DNA from: Patescibacteria group bacterium
GTDB taxonomy: Bacteria > Patescibacteriota > Patescibacteriia > UBA11705 > DATKZF01
NCBI GenBank assembly: GCA_049319825.1
Contig: JBMORT010000006.1
Coordinates: 299,641 to 363,640, forward strand
DNA length: 64,000 nucleotides
Direction: 5' to 3'
Made by a program: the position numbers and the translations under genes. The notes below the pieces were generated by a model. The model was not told where the DNA came from and searched no databases. It saw only the letters and a list, made by a program, of their open reading frames with translations. Positions 25,377 through 33,042 of the stretch are shown here, in pieces; positions within the stretch are counted from its first letter, which is position 1; the number at the start of each line of letters is the position of its first letter.

Positions 25377-27686
25377 TTACTGACACAGAGTGCCGCTGAT
25401 CCCCAGCTCGACTTCGATCTGGCTTTCCGAGTAAATCGTGAGCCAGTCAAAGTCAGCGGCTGAGGTCACGGGCTGGCCGATTTCGTAATTCGACCACATC
25501 AGCGACCAAAGGACGACTGTCCTTTCCCATGCCGTCGATCCTTCGGTCGACGCGTAGATTTCGTCCAGCGCGGTGATCGGATCAACCTCGCGAAGCGTCG
25601 CGCAGTGATCGACCACGTACCGCGCGCTCGATGTCTCTTCTCCCGTGATGAAAGCTCCGGGACGAAGAGTGACGTTTCCAGTGAGCGCCAAGGGAATCGA
25701 AGCGAGTACTTCGTCGGGGAATTCGTAAACTTGCTGGCAGAGCTCGCCGTTCGGCGACGCGGGGATGCCGTATTCGTCGAGCGGCGAATACCATGATTCG
25801 AGCTCGACATTGGTCGCGAACACGTAGCGGTTCCCGTCGCTGGCGTAGTAGTAGACGTTGCTGAAAGTTCCCTTGATCAGCATACCTGCTTCGGGATGCG
25901 TCGTAGTCAGAAAGCTGTCGCCGCAGCAGCCGCGCCAGCCGATGATGGTGCCGTACGCGGTGTAGACTGGCTCGCAGTAGTGCGGTGGTTCGTCCGCTCC
26001 GCAACCCTCGTCCACGATGCCGTCGCAGTCATCGTCGATCCAGTTATCGCAGTAGTCCTCGGCGTAGCAGAGCGCTGGATCGGGGGAGCAGCGGTAGTTC
26101 ATGACGTCGTGGCTGCATTCCCATCGGCCGTTAACCGGCACGTAGCTGACGATTCCTTCTTCATCGGGAATCGTATTGATTGCGACGCACAGAGATCCGA
26201 CGCTTGGATCGTTCTCGTCTGTTTCACCGTCGCCATCTTCATCGACGCCGTTGCACAGGTCAAGCGGTTCTTGGCACTGTGGCAAATCAGCGCAGTCCGG
26301 GTCGAAGCAACAGACAAGTCCGTCGCCGTCCCCGTCGTTTTGACAATGCCACTCACAGCTCTGCTCGCCGATCGAGTCGCCGTAGCGGCATTCTGTCCAA
26401 ATTCCGTTTTCGCACGTCTGCCAGCCATAGAAGAATTCGCCGGCAGGCATGGCATGGCCGCAATGGCGATCCCAAATCGTTTCGGAAGGATCCACGCACG
26501 GGCAGCCGTCGTCGATGGCGTGATCGTTATCGTTATCCACGCCGTCGCACTCCTCTTCGGCCGGACAATCGACTTGGCAGGTGAAAACATCCTCTGTTGA
26601 ATTGCAGATGCCGTTTCCACAGCACCCTTCGTCGATCTGGCCGTCGCAATTATTATCATCGCCGTCGCAGATTTCTTCCGCGCCGGGGTAAGTCAGGGCG
26701 AAATTGTCGTCGCAGTCGTTGTCGTAGCCCTCGATCCAGTTGATGTAACCCTCTAGAGGAGACAAACAATCGGCCGCTTCGACGTAGCTTTCGGGATCCC
26801 CGTGCCCGTCGCCATCCGCGTCGCGCAGAAAGCGCTGGGTCGGGTACCCTTCATCGGTCAGCCCGTCGCAGTCGTTATCTTTCCCGTCGCAGAATTCGTC
26901 CGCGCCGGGGTGGGTGAAGAAATTGAAATCATCGCAGTCCTCGGGCGGCGAGTAGCCGTCGCTGTCCACGTCGGTCTGCGTGGAAAAGCAGTCGACGCAT
27001 ACGTCGGCTTCGCCCGCTTCGCAGATGCCGTTGCCGCAGACCGCCCCGCAGCCCTCGTCCACCTGGCCGTCGCAGTTGTCGTCGATACCGTGTCCGACGA
27101 CGCCGCAAAGTTCTTCCCGCGCATGGCACTCTTCCAGATCGATGGGAGGACACCTGATGTCTCCCAGTATGCAGGTGAGAACTCCCGGGACAGGGACGAA
27201 ATCGAGCAGCGCGAAGCAGTCTTGGCCGGCGATAGGGTCACTCTCGTCCGTCTGGCCGTCGCAGTTGTCATCTACCCCGTTGCAGTACTCGACAGCCAGC
27301 GGGTTGATGTTGAAATCATCATCGTTGCAGTCGCCGTCGAAAGGCGTGAACCCGTCGTTGTCCTCGTCAAAGTCGGGGACCGGACAGCCCTCGTCCGTGA
27401 CGCCGTCGTTGTCGTTGTCGATCTCGTCGCAGATTTCGGGGTTGTCGTAGGGCAGGGGGACGCATCCCGCGCCGATAAGGGTCGTGCCCTCGTCGCAGTA
27501 GATGATCGGTGCGGGATTGCCGTCGAGCACGCAGACTCCGTTGATTTCGACAGTGCCCGGCCCGCATTCGAGGCTGGCGGCGTCGGTCTCGATGACCTGG
27601 CGCGTGGAAGCGCCGTCGCCGCAATTGAAGTTGAAACAGAAAAACCAGAACAGAGACACGAAAAACGAAAAGCGATGCAGTCTCAT
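25377..27686 (-). CDS. Large secreted Cys-rich protein with many MopE-like CDGxDNDCDGxxDEG repeats
   Basis: Signal peptide; more than 8 repeat units; C-terminal domain (YCEPVYTAYGTIIGWRGCCG...) paralogous to the 23522 protein; ~65% GC. Confidence 0.7.
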   Translation of the reverse strand: MRLHRFSFFVSLFWFFCFNFNCGDGASTRQVIETDAASLECGPGTVEINGVCVLDGNPAPIIYCDEGTTLIGAGCVPLPYDNPEICDEIDNDNDGVTDEGCPVPDFDEDNDGFTPFDGDCNDDDFNINPLAVEYCNGVDDNCDGQTDESDPIAGQDCFALLDFVPVPGVLTCILGDIRCPPIDLEECHAREELCGVVGHGIDDNCDGQVDEGCGAVCGNGICEAGEADVCVDCFSTQTDVDSDGYSPPEDCDDFNFFTHPGADEFCDGKDNDCDGLTDEGYPTQRFLRDADGDGHGDPESYVEAADCLSPLEGYINWIEGYDNDCDDNFALTYPGAEEICDGDDNNCDGQIDEGCCGNGICNSTEDVFTCQVDCPAEEECDGVDNDNDHAIDDGCPCVDPSETIWDRHCGHAMPAGEFFYGWQTCENGIWTECRYGDSIGEQSCEWHCQNDGDGDGLVCCFDPDCADLPQCQEPLDLCNGVDEDGDGETDENDPSVGSLCVAINTIPDEEGIVSYVPVNGRWECSHDVMNYRCSPDPALCYAEDYCDNWIDDDCDGIVDEGCGADEPPHYCEPVYTAYGTIIGWRGCCGDSFLTTTHPEAGMLIKGTFSNVYYYASDGNRYVFATNVELESWYSPLDEYGIPASPNGELCQQVYEFPDEVLASIPLALTGNVTLRPGAFITGEETSSARYVVDHCATLREVDPITALDEIYASTEGSTAWERTVVLWSLMWSNYEIGQPVTSAADFDWLTIYSESQIEVELGISGTLCQ

Positions 27687-27796
27687 GCTTCTCTCCTTGT
27701 GCCCGCGCCGCGGGCGTTTTTTTGAGTTTGATTTTCAATTGTCGAAGAACTTTATTCCCGGCTTTGCCCAATACCTACACTAGGCAGAACCCGAAA

Positions 27797-27824
27797 CCCA
27801 ACATCGCCGTGGCGAGTTGGGGGG
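27797..27824 (-). terminator. CCCAAC...GTTGGG hairpin downstream of the 27844 gene
   Basis: cccaacatcgccgtggcgagttgggggg; same stem family as 28323, 28643, 28692, 29615, 30305, 31070. Confidence 0.5.
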
Positions 27825-27843
27825 ACTGAGTTGCTTAAGTTGG

Positions 27844-28233
27844 TCAGGCCGCTTTTTTCACCGAAGCTTCTAGTGAACCAGCAGCGCCTTCCAAATGTCG
27901 CAATACAGACAGTGACGGCATTTGCATTACGTGAGAATTTGTCGGATCTGGAAAAAATGCAAATCGTTCAGTGCTTGTCGATGTCCGTAGATCTGTATGT
28001 TCATCGGCCGCGCGGCGCAGCATGATGCCCATCTGGCCGTGAAGTAAAAAGAAAATCGATCCGTAGATACAGCCGAGAAAGATCATCGAAGAGAGAATGA
28101 CGAAAAGCATGGCAAAGTCATACTCTGGCACTTTGAGCGCGATGTGGACGATAAGGCAAATCATAACGAGCATCATGATGCTCGAAGTGATAAGAATGAA
28201 TAAAGCGATTGTCCACTTGGCGCGATCCGGCAT
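27844..28233 (-). CDS. Small polytopic membrane protein (hypothetical)
   Basis: 3 TM helices; lies within the GC-rich island. Confidence 0.4.
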   Translation of the reverse strand: MPDRAKWTIALFILITSSIMMLVMICLIVHIALKVPEYDFAMLFVILSSMIFLGCIYGSIFFLLHGQMGIMLRRAADEHTDLRTSTSTERFAFFPDPTNSHVMQMPSLSVLRHLEGAAGSLEASVKKAA

Positions 28234-28309
28234 TGATCCTCCTTGGTATCTCCCGTTTGAGTGCTTGTCGCGGGAAGAATTTCCCGGATTTATTGATTAA
28301 TGTTAATCA

Positions 28310-28365
28310 GCAAATCTGGAAGCCCAACAAATGAGAGTTGGGCGAAAGGGTGGGAAATTAGGCGG
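28310..28365 (-). terminator. Conserved CCCAAC-N-GTTGGG hairpin element (GGAAGCCCAACA.GTGAGAGTTGGGCGAAAGGGTGGGAAA)
   Basis: Three near-identical copies (28310-28365, 28635-28680, 31055-31110), each immediately 3' of a minus-strand gene. Confidence 0.5.
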
Positions 28366-28366
28366 G

Positions 28367-28576
28367 TTAGTAGCCGGGGACGAACGATCCGTCCACCGGC
28401 CGTCCGTTGATGAAGATCTTGGTCCAATCCATCCCTGGATCGTCGAAGCTCGAGCAAAGGAGCTCGACTTTCTCTCCTCGAGCCAGGGCTACCTCGACCT
28501 CCCTGAAGACTTTCGGCTGAAGGAACAGCCGGTGGTTGTCGAGGTCGTCCTTTGTGAACGGTTGCAGGTAGGGCAT
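28367..28576 (-). CDS. Small hypothetical protein (69 aa)
   Basis: ORF bounded by the conserved hairpin elements; low confidence. Confidence 0.3.
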   Translation of the reverse strand: MPYLQPFTKDDLDNHRLFLQPKVFREVEVALARGEKVELLCSSFDDPGMDWTKIFINGRPVDGSFVPGY

Positions 28577-28691
28577 TTAAACCTCCTTGGTTAATGAATT
28601 TCCCGGCTCTGCTTAGTATCATTTACCAAACAAAGCTGGGAGCCCAATAAGTGAGAGTTGGGCGAAAAGGTGGGAAAGAGCGGTGAGGTTA

Positions 28692-28729
28692 GGCCGGCCC
28701 CCAACACGCAAAGTTTTGCGGTTGGGGGG
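28692..28729 (-). terminator. GGCCCCCAAC...GTTGGGGGG hairpin downstream of the lipoprotein gene
   Basis: Imperfect inverted repeat; a copy at 29615-29649 and a related one at 30305-30337. Confidence 0.5.
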
Positions 28730-28743
28730 AGAGGGGAGAATGA

Positions 28744-29526
28744 CTACGGTGATGGACATCCCTCATCGGTCTGGCCGTCGCAGTCGTTGTCGATGCCGTC
28801 GCAGGCCTCGCCCAGCGGCCCACAAGTGCCGCAGGCGTTGAGCAGTCCTTCGTCGACGTCGCCGTCGCAGTCATTGTCAACGCCGTCGCAGACCTCCGCG
28901 GGCACCGGCCCGCACAGACCGCACGCGTTGAGCAGATACTCGTCCACGTCGCCGTCGCAGTCATTGTCCGCGCCGTCGCAGACTTCCGTTTCCGGCATAA
29001 CTCCATTGCAGTCAGACCATTCCCAGTTCACGCAGGTCTGTGTCCCGATCACGCATTCACCTGTCTCCACACCGCACACGATTGTTTCGCCGTTCCTGCA
29101 AAGGCATCCTTCATCCGCGACGCCATTGCAATTGTTGTCAAAGCCGTCGCAGAGTTCCTCGCTTGGCTTGGACGCGCCAATGCACCTGTCAAACCACGCG
29201 CCATTAACACAAACTTGCGTTCCTGCCATTCGTACGTTCGTATCCGTGCAGCAGGGGCGAGTACTCTCGATGACGCATTCGCAACCCTCATCGATGAGTC
29301 CGTCGCAGTCGTTGTCCAGCGTGTCGCAGATTTCTTCTTTGGGCTTTCTGCCGTCGCAGTCGGACCAGCCGCCGTTGACGCAGGTCTGCTTGCCGATGGA
29401 ACACTCGCCCAGCTCAGTACCACATTTCTGCGTCGCGCCGTCTTTGCACGGTGGCGCGCTGGCCGCCATCGATTGTTGTTCGCTGATCAAAAACACCAGA
29501 GCGAAAATCGCCATCAGCTTCTTCAT
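28744..29526 (-). CDS. Lipoprotein/secreted protein with MopE-like CDGxDNDCDGxxDEG repeats
   Basis: MKKLMAIFALVFLI signal preceded by a GGAGG Shine-Dalgarno site; the annotated upstream extension is the conserved leader; 6 Cys-repeat units. Confidence 0.65.
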   Translation of the reverse strand: MKKLMAIFALVFLISEQQSMAASAPPCKDGATQKCGTELGECSIGKQTCVNGGWSDCDGRKPKEEICDTLDNDCDGLIDEGCECVIESTRPCCTDTNVRMAGTQVCVNGAWFDRCIGASKPSEELCDGFDNNCNGVADEGCLCRNGETIVCGVETGECVIGTQTCVNWEWSDCNGVMPETEVCDGADNDCDGDVDEYLLNACGLCGPVPAEVCDGVDNDCDGDVDEGLLNACGTCGPLGEACDGIDNDCDGQTDEGCPSP

Positions 29527-29615
29527 TGACGTTCTCCTCCCCCGATTCCTCGGGAGTTTTGGGTTTGAAAGAACTCTTTCCGAACTTTGCTTGCTAAAAT
29601 TACCGAGCAAAGTTC
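29527..29615 (-). promoter_or_regulatory. Conserved structured 5' leader (12-bp stem CCGAACTTTGCT/AGCAAAGTTCGG, then GGGGGAGG Shine-Dalgarno)
   Basis: ~85% identical to 30219-30305, which lies upstream of the paralogous lipoprotein gene. Confidence 0.5.
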
Positions 29616-29657
29616 GGCCCCCAACATGCAAAGTTTTGCGGTTGGGGGGAGAGGGGA

Positions 29658-30218
29658 CTAATGCGAGCAGCCCTCATCGATACGGTCGTCGCAGTCGTCA
29701 TCGATGCTGTTGCCGCAAACTTCTTCCGGCACGGGACCGCACGTCCCGCACGCGTTTAAAAGTCCTTCATCGACGTTGCCGTCGCAATCGTTGTCTTTGC
29801 CATCGCAGATCTCGACGCTCCGGCCGACGTGGGTTCCGCAACAAGCGCTCCACAGGCCTTGTCCGTTCCCAATGTCAATAATGTCAATGCAGACCTGAGT
29901 TGCGAACACGTTCTCCTCGCCGCACTGACGAGTTTCGCCGATGGTACACTGGCAGCCTTCGTCGATCGCGCCGTCGCAGTTGTTGTCGAGGCTGTCGCAG
30001 CTTTCTTTGACCGGACCGCGGTACTTTCCACCGCAATCAGTCCATGTGCCCATGACGCAGACCTGATGGCCAGGGATGCACGCCCCAAGATCCTTGCCGC
30101 ACGGGCGAGTCTCGCCTTCGGCGCACAAGATGATCTTCTGCGGCTCGGGCATAAGCTGTTCTTTCTTACAACCTCCGAAAGCCACAACCAGCACAAGCGA
30201 GAGCATCAGCTTCTTCAT
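29658..30218 (-). CDS. Lipoprotein with MopE-like Cys repeats (paralogue of the 28744 gene)
   Basis: MKKLMLSLVLVVAFGGC lipobox; CDGKDNDCDGNVDEG units. Confidence 0.65.
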   Translation of the reverse strand: MKKLMLSLVLVVAFGGCKKEQLMPEPQKIILCAEGETRPCGKDLGACIPGHQVCVMGTWTDCGGKYRGPVKESCDSLDNNCDGAIDEGCQCTIGETRQCGEENVFATQVCIDIIDIGNGQGLWSACCGTHVGRSVEICDGKDNDCDGNVDEGLLNACGTCGPVPEEVCGNSIDDDCDDRIDEGCSH

Positions 30219-30305
30219 CTGATTTTTCCTCCCCCGATTTTTCGGGAGTTTTGGGTTTGAAAGAACTCTTTCCGAACTTTGCCAAGTAGAATTTACCGAG
30301 CAAAG
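30219..30305 (-). promoter_or_regulatory. Second copy of the conserved structured 5' leader
   Basis: Same stem-loop and Shine-Dalgarno as 29527-29615. Confidence 0.5.
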
Positions 30306-30401
30306 TTCGGCCCCCAACTTTTTTGAAGAGTTGGGGGAAGATTTTGTGCATTTGCCGCGGATGCGCGGCTGTGGGAAAGTAAATGGAAGAGAAGGAAGAT
30401 G

Positions 30402-30986
30402 CTAGGAGGCCGCCTGGATCGTCGTGTCCTCGCTGATGAGCAGGCGGCGCGGGTGGCGGAGGAACTGCTTGGGCTGGCGGGTGTAGCGCTTCCAGCCGCG
30501 GGGGAACAGACGCCACTCGTAGCGGCGGATCCGGTAGCAGTCGAGCTCGCTCCACAGCGCTCGGCGCATGCCGATCTGCCGCGGGGAGCACTGGATGCGG
30601 AAGCCGTTGATCGGCTCCGGCTCGCGCTGGGGCAGCGGGGTGGGGGGCTCGATCGGGGTGGCGGCGGCCTTGAGCGGGGCGTCGAACACCTCGCACCAGG
30701 CCTCGTAGTCGCTGTCGTCCTCGGTGTCGGCGTAGAACTCCTCGGCCGCCGGCTCGAAGGCGTCGTCGATCTCGACCTCGTCCAGGCGATCGCTGTCGAT
30801 CATGTCGATCAGCTCGTCCTCGACGTCCCCGTACTCGGCCAAGGTGGTCAGCGGCGCGCGCCAGACGCCATCGGAGCCGCGGATGCCGAAGAACCGCGGG
30901 TGGCAGTCTTCGACCTCCGGGTCGCCATCGACGAAACGGAACGCCTTGTCGAGCTCGTTGTAGCCCAGGATCCTGAGAGCGCTCAT
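30402..30986 (-). CDS. Acidic hypothetical protein (island gene)
   Basis: 194-aa ORF, D/E-rich, GC-rich codon usage. Confidence 0.4.
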   Translation of the reverse strand: MSALRILGYNELDKAFRFVDGDPEVEDCHPRFFGIRGSDGVWRAPLTTLAEYGDVEDELIDMIDSDRLDEVEIDDAFEPAAEEFYADTEDDSDYEAWCEVFDAPLKAAATPIEPPTPLPQREPEPINGFRIQCSPRQIGMRRALWSELDCYRIRRYEWRLFPRGWKRYTRQPKQFLRHPRRLLISEDTTIQAAS

Positions 30987-31116
30987 GGCATTTCCTTTCC
31001 TAAAAAAAATTATTGTGATTGTACTACTTCCCTGATCTGCCGATTATTTCTACTCGGCAAATCTGGAAGCCCAACAGGTGTAGTTGGGCGGTAGGGTGGG
31101 AAAGAACAGCGGGGAG

Positions 31117-31434
31117 CTAGAGCCCGAGAATGGCGGCGCGGCGGCCGGTGGCGCGGGTGGGGCCTTCGTCGCCCCAGGCGGTGAGGATGAGATCGCATTC
31201 CCTCTCGAGAGCTTCGCGGACGAGGTCCTCTTTCTCGGCGGGGGTGGGCGGCGGGGGATCCCAGTCGAAGGAGTCACCGCACCGGCACATTTCGTAGGAA
31301 AAGCCGCAATCCGGACAGTAGTCGGGAGCGGGCGTGGGCGCCTCCGGCTCGGGGCAGTCCGGTGCGTCCAGGTAGTCGTAGCACGAATCGGACTGAGAGG
31401 CGGGACAGTCGCAACAATTGACCTTGCAATCCAT
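31117..31434 (-). CDS. Small acidic Cys-rich protein (CCDC...CPDC...CRC)
   Basis: 105-aa ORF with 10 Cys and Pro-rich linkers; followed 3' by a conserved hairpin. Confidence 0.4.
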   Translation of the reverse strand: MDCKVNCCDCPASQSDSCYDYLDAPDCPEPEAPTPAPDYCPDCGFSYEMCRCGDSFDWDPPPPTPAEKEDLVREALERECDLILTAWGDEGPTRATGRRAAILGL

Positions 31435-31737
31435 TGGTTTCCTCCTTGAAAAAAGCCCTTAAAAAGGGCGGTTTTCCCCTCCATGTTTTTCTAAAATATC
31501 ATTTTATTATAGCATAAATATGAATAAAAATCAAGCCAAAAAGCCAAATATTGGCTTAATTTAGGGGAGTTTTACGCATTGTGAGGATCAAAAAAGCAAG
31601 AGAGAAAAAGGAGGTTGCGTTTGCTCGGAGAAGGCGGGTGTCCGGATGGCTTTTTTCTGGATTCCTGCCTGCCTGCCGGCCGGCAGGCAGGCCTGCGCAG
31701 GAATGACCGAATAATGGGCAGAGAGACTATCAGAAAG

Positions 31738-31915
31738 GGATTTCTCCACTCCGCTCCCCCTCGGCTTGGCTCGGGGTCGCTCCGGTCGAAATGACGAAAG
31801 GGGGTCTGGCGATGTTCCGTGAAGGTGTTCGGGGCTTGTAAAAAGGGATTTCTCCACTCGGTCTCGCTACGCTCGACCTCGGTCGAAATGACCGAAAGGG
31901 CGCGGCGAGGGTATA
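31738..31915. repeat. Two tandem solo copies of the GIY-YIG-associated repeat (AGGGATTTCTCCAC...CCCTCG.C...GTCGAAATGAC)
   Basis: Matches the inverted repeats flanking the GIY-YIG gene at 53320-53890; related cores at 18970-19000 and 23375-23400. Confidence 0.7.
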
Positions 31916-32066
31916 AAAAGAGTGGATTCTTATTTGGTTGAATTAGTTGGTTATGCTATAATTTATACAGAATTTCGACATTTAAAAAAGCACATAGCCT
32001 TGGAGTTGATCCATGATCCATGATCCATGATCCATGATCCATGATATGTGCTCCATGTTTTTAGTT

Positions 32067-32360
32067 ATGATAAACAAAGCTCTAGTCGAAAAAGTGGCTG
32101 ATTTGGCCAAATTGGAAATTTCCGAAGATGACAAAAAAAAATACACCAAGCAGTTATCTGATGTTTTTAAGTATTTTGATGAATTGCGTTCGCTCGATTT
32201 GAGCGAGGTGCCGGAAACTTCAAATATCACCGGCTTATATAATGTCAGCCGGCCGGATGAAGTGCATTTGATTTATTCGGTCGAGCATTTGCTCGCTGAC
32301 GCTCCGGAGATCGAAGCCGGCCAGATCAAAGTGCCGGGAGTGATGCGCGGAAAGAAGTAG
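32067..32360 (+). CDS. gatC: Asp/Glu-tRNA amidotransferase subunit C
   Basis: MINKALVEKVADLAKLEISEDDKKKYTKQL is typical GatC; the upstream in-frame ATGs lie in a CATGATC tandem repeat. Confidence 0.8.
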   Translation: MINKALVEKVADLAKLEISEDDKKKYTKQLSDVFKYFDELRSLDLSEVPETSNITGLYNVSRPDEVHLIYSVEHLLADAPEIEAGQIKVPGVMRGKK

Positions 32361-32369
32361 AAATTACAA

Positions 32370-32544
32370 ATACTATTTTTTAAAATTTAATTACAAATAA
32401 TTACAAATATTACGAATATTTTTTAGGATTTAATTACAAATAATTACAAATATTACGAAGATTTTACAGGATTTAATTACAAATAATTACGAATTATTAC
32501 AAATATTATTAATATAATTTTTGTTACAAATAATTACAAATGAA
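32370..32544. repeat. AT-rich tandem repeat array (TAATTACAAA / ATTACGAA units)
   Basis: More than 10 units; similar TTACAAAT arrays at 10310-10375, 16370-16390 and 32930-33000. Confidence 0.7.
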
Positions 32545-32928
32545 ATGGAAGAAGACGAATTAATTTACGGGGAATTGAGTTATAAACTGATGGGAGTAAT
32601 TTTTAATGTTCATAATGAATTGGGCGGCGGAATGAAAGAAAAATATTATCAGCGAGCGATTGAAAAAGCATTGGATTAAAAAAACATATCTTACAAGAGT
32701 CAGATGATGATTCCAATTAATTATAAAACTCATAATATTGGTTGTTATCGTCCTGATTTAATAATCGAAAATAAAATCGTGTTGGAAATAAAAGTAGGTT
32801 TCGGGTTTTCAAAAGCAGATTTGAATCAGCTCCATCAATATTTAATCAAAACGGGCTTGAAATTGGGAATATTAGTTGTCTTTTCAAAGAAGAAAGTAAT
32901 TCACACGAGAGTCTTAAATCTTTATTGA
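32545..32928 (+). pseudogene. GxxExxY family (PD-(D/E)xK-like) gene interrupted by an in-frame TAA at ~32677
   Basis: N-terminal 44 aa ending GGGMKEKYYQRAIEKALD*, then the same frame resumes as ...NYKTHNIGCYRPDLIIENKIVLEIK...LKLGILVVF, which is the family's C-terminal half. Confidence 0.55.
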
Positions 32929-33042
32929 AGCATTTATGCGAAAGTATCAAATTTTATTGGAATATTCGTAATTATTTGTAATTTTTTTAAAAATTTTTTA
33001 AAAAAGAATTTGTAATAAAAATTTGAAAAAGAAGAATGTCGT

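Noticed and set aside
25499-27771. Numerous 60-300-aa ORFs on both strands inside the GC-rich island (e.g. 25582-26004, 25896-26600, 26099-26659, 26802-27725, 26980-27450)
   Set aside because: They overlap the long Cys-repeat genes in alternative or antisense frames. High GC suppresses stop codons, and their products are Arg/Ala/Ser-rich low-complexity translations typical of spurious antisense ORFs.
28658-29881. 407-aa Ser/Pro-rich ORF on the plus strand
   Set aside because: It is antisense to the two Cys-repeat lipoprotein genes and spans their conserved leader and hairpins. Its composition is the mirror image of the Cys/Asp codons.
32370-32544. Possible CRISPR array
   Set aside because: The units are 8-10 bp AT-rich tandem repeats with no unique spacers and no cas genes. 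The same holds for the arrays at 10310-10375, 18815-18870 and 38668-38790.
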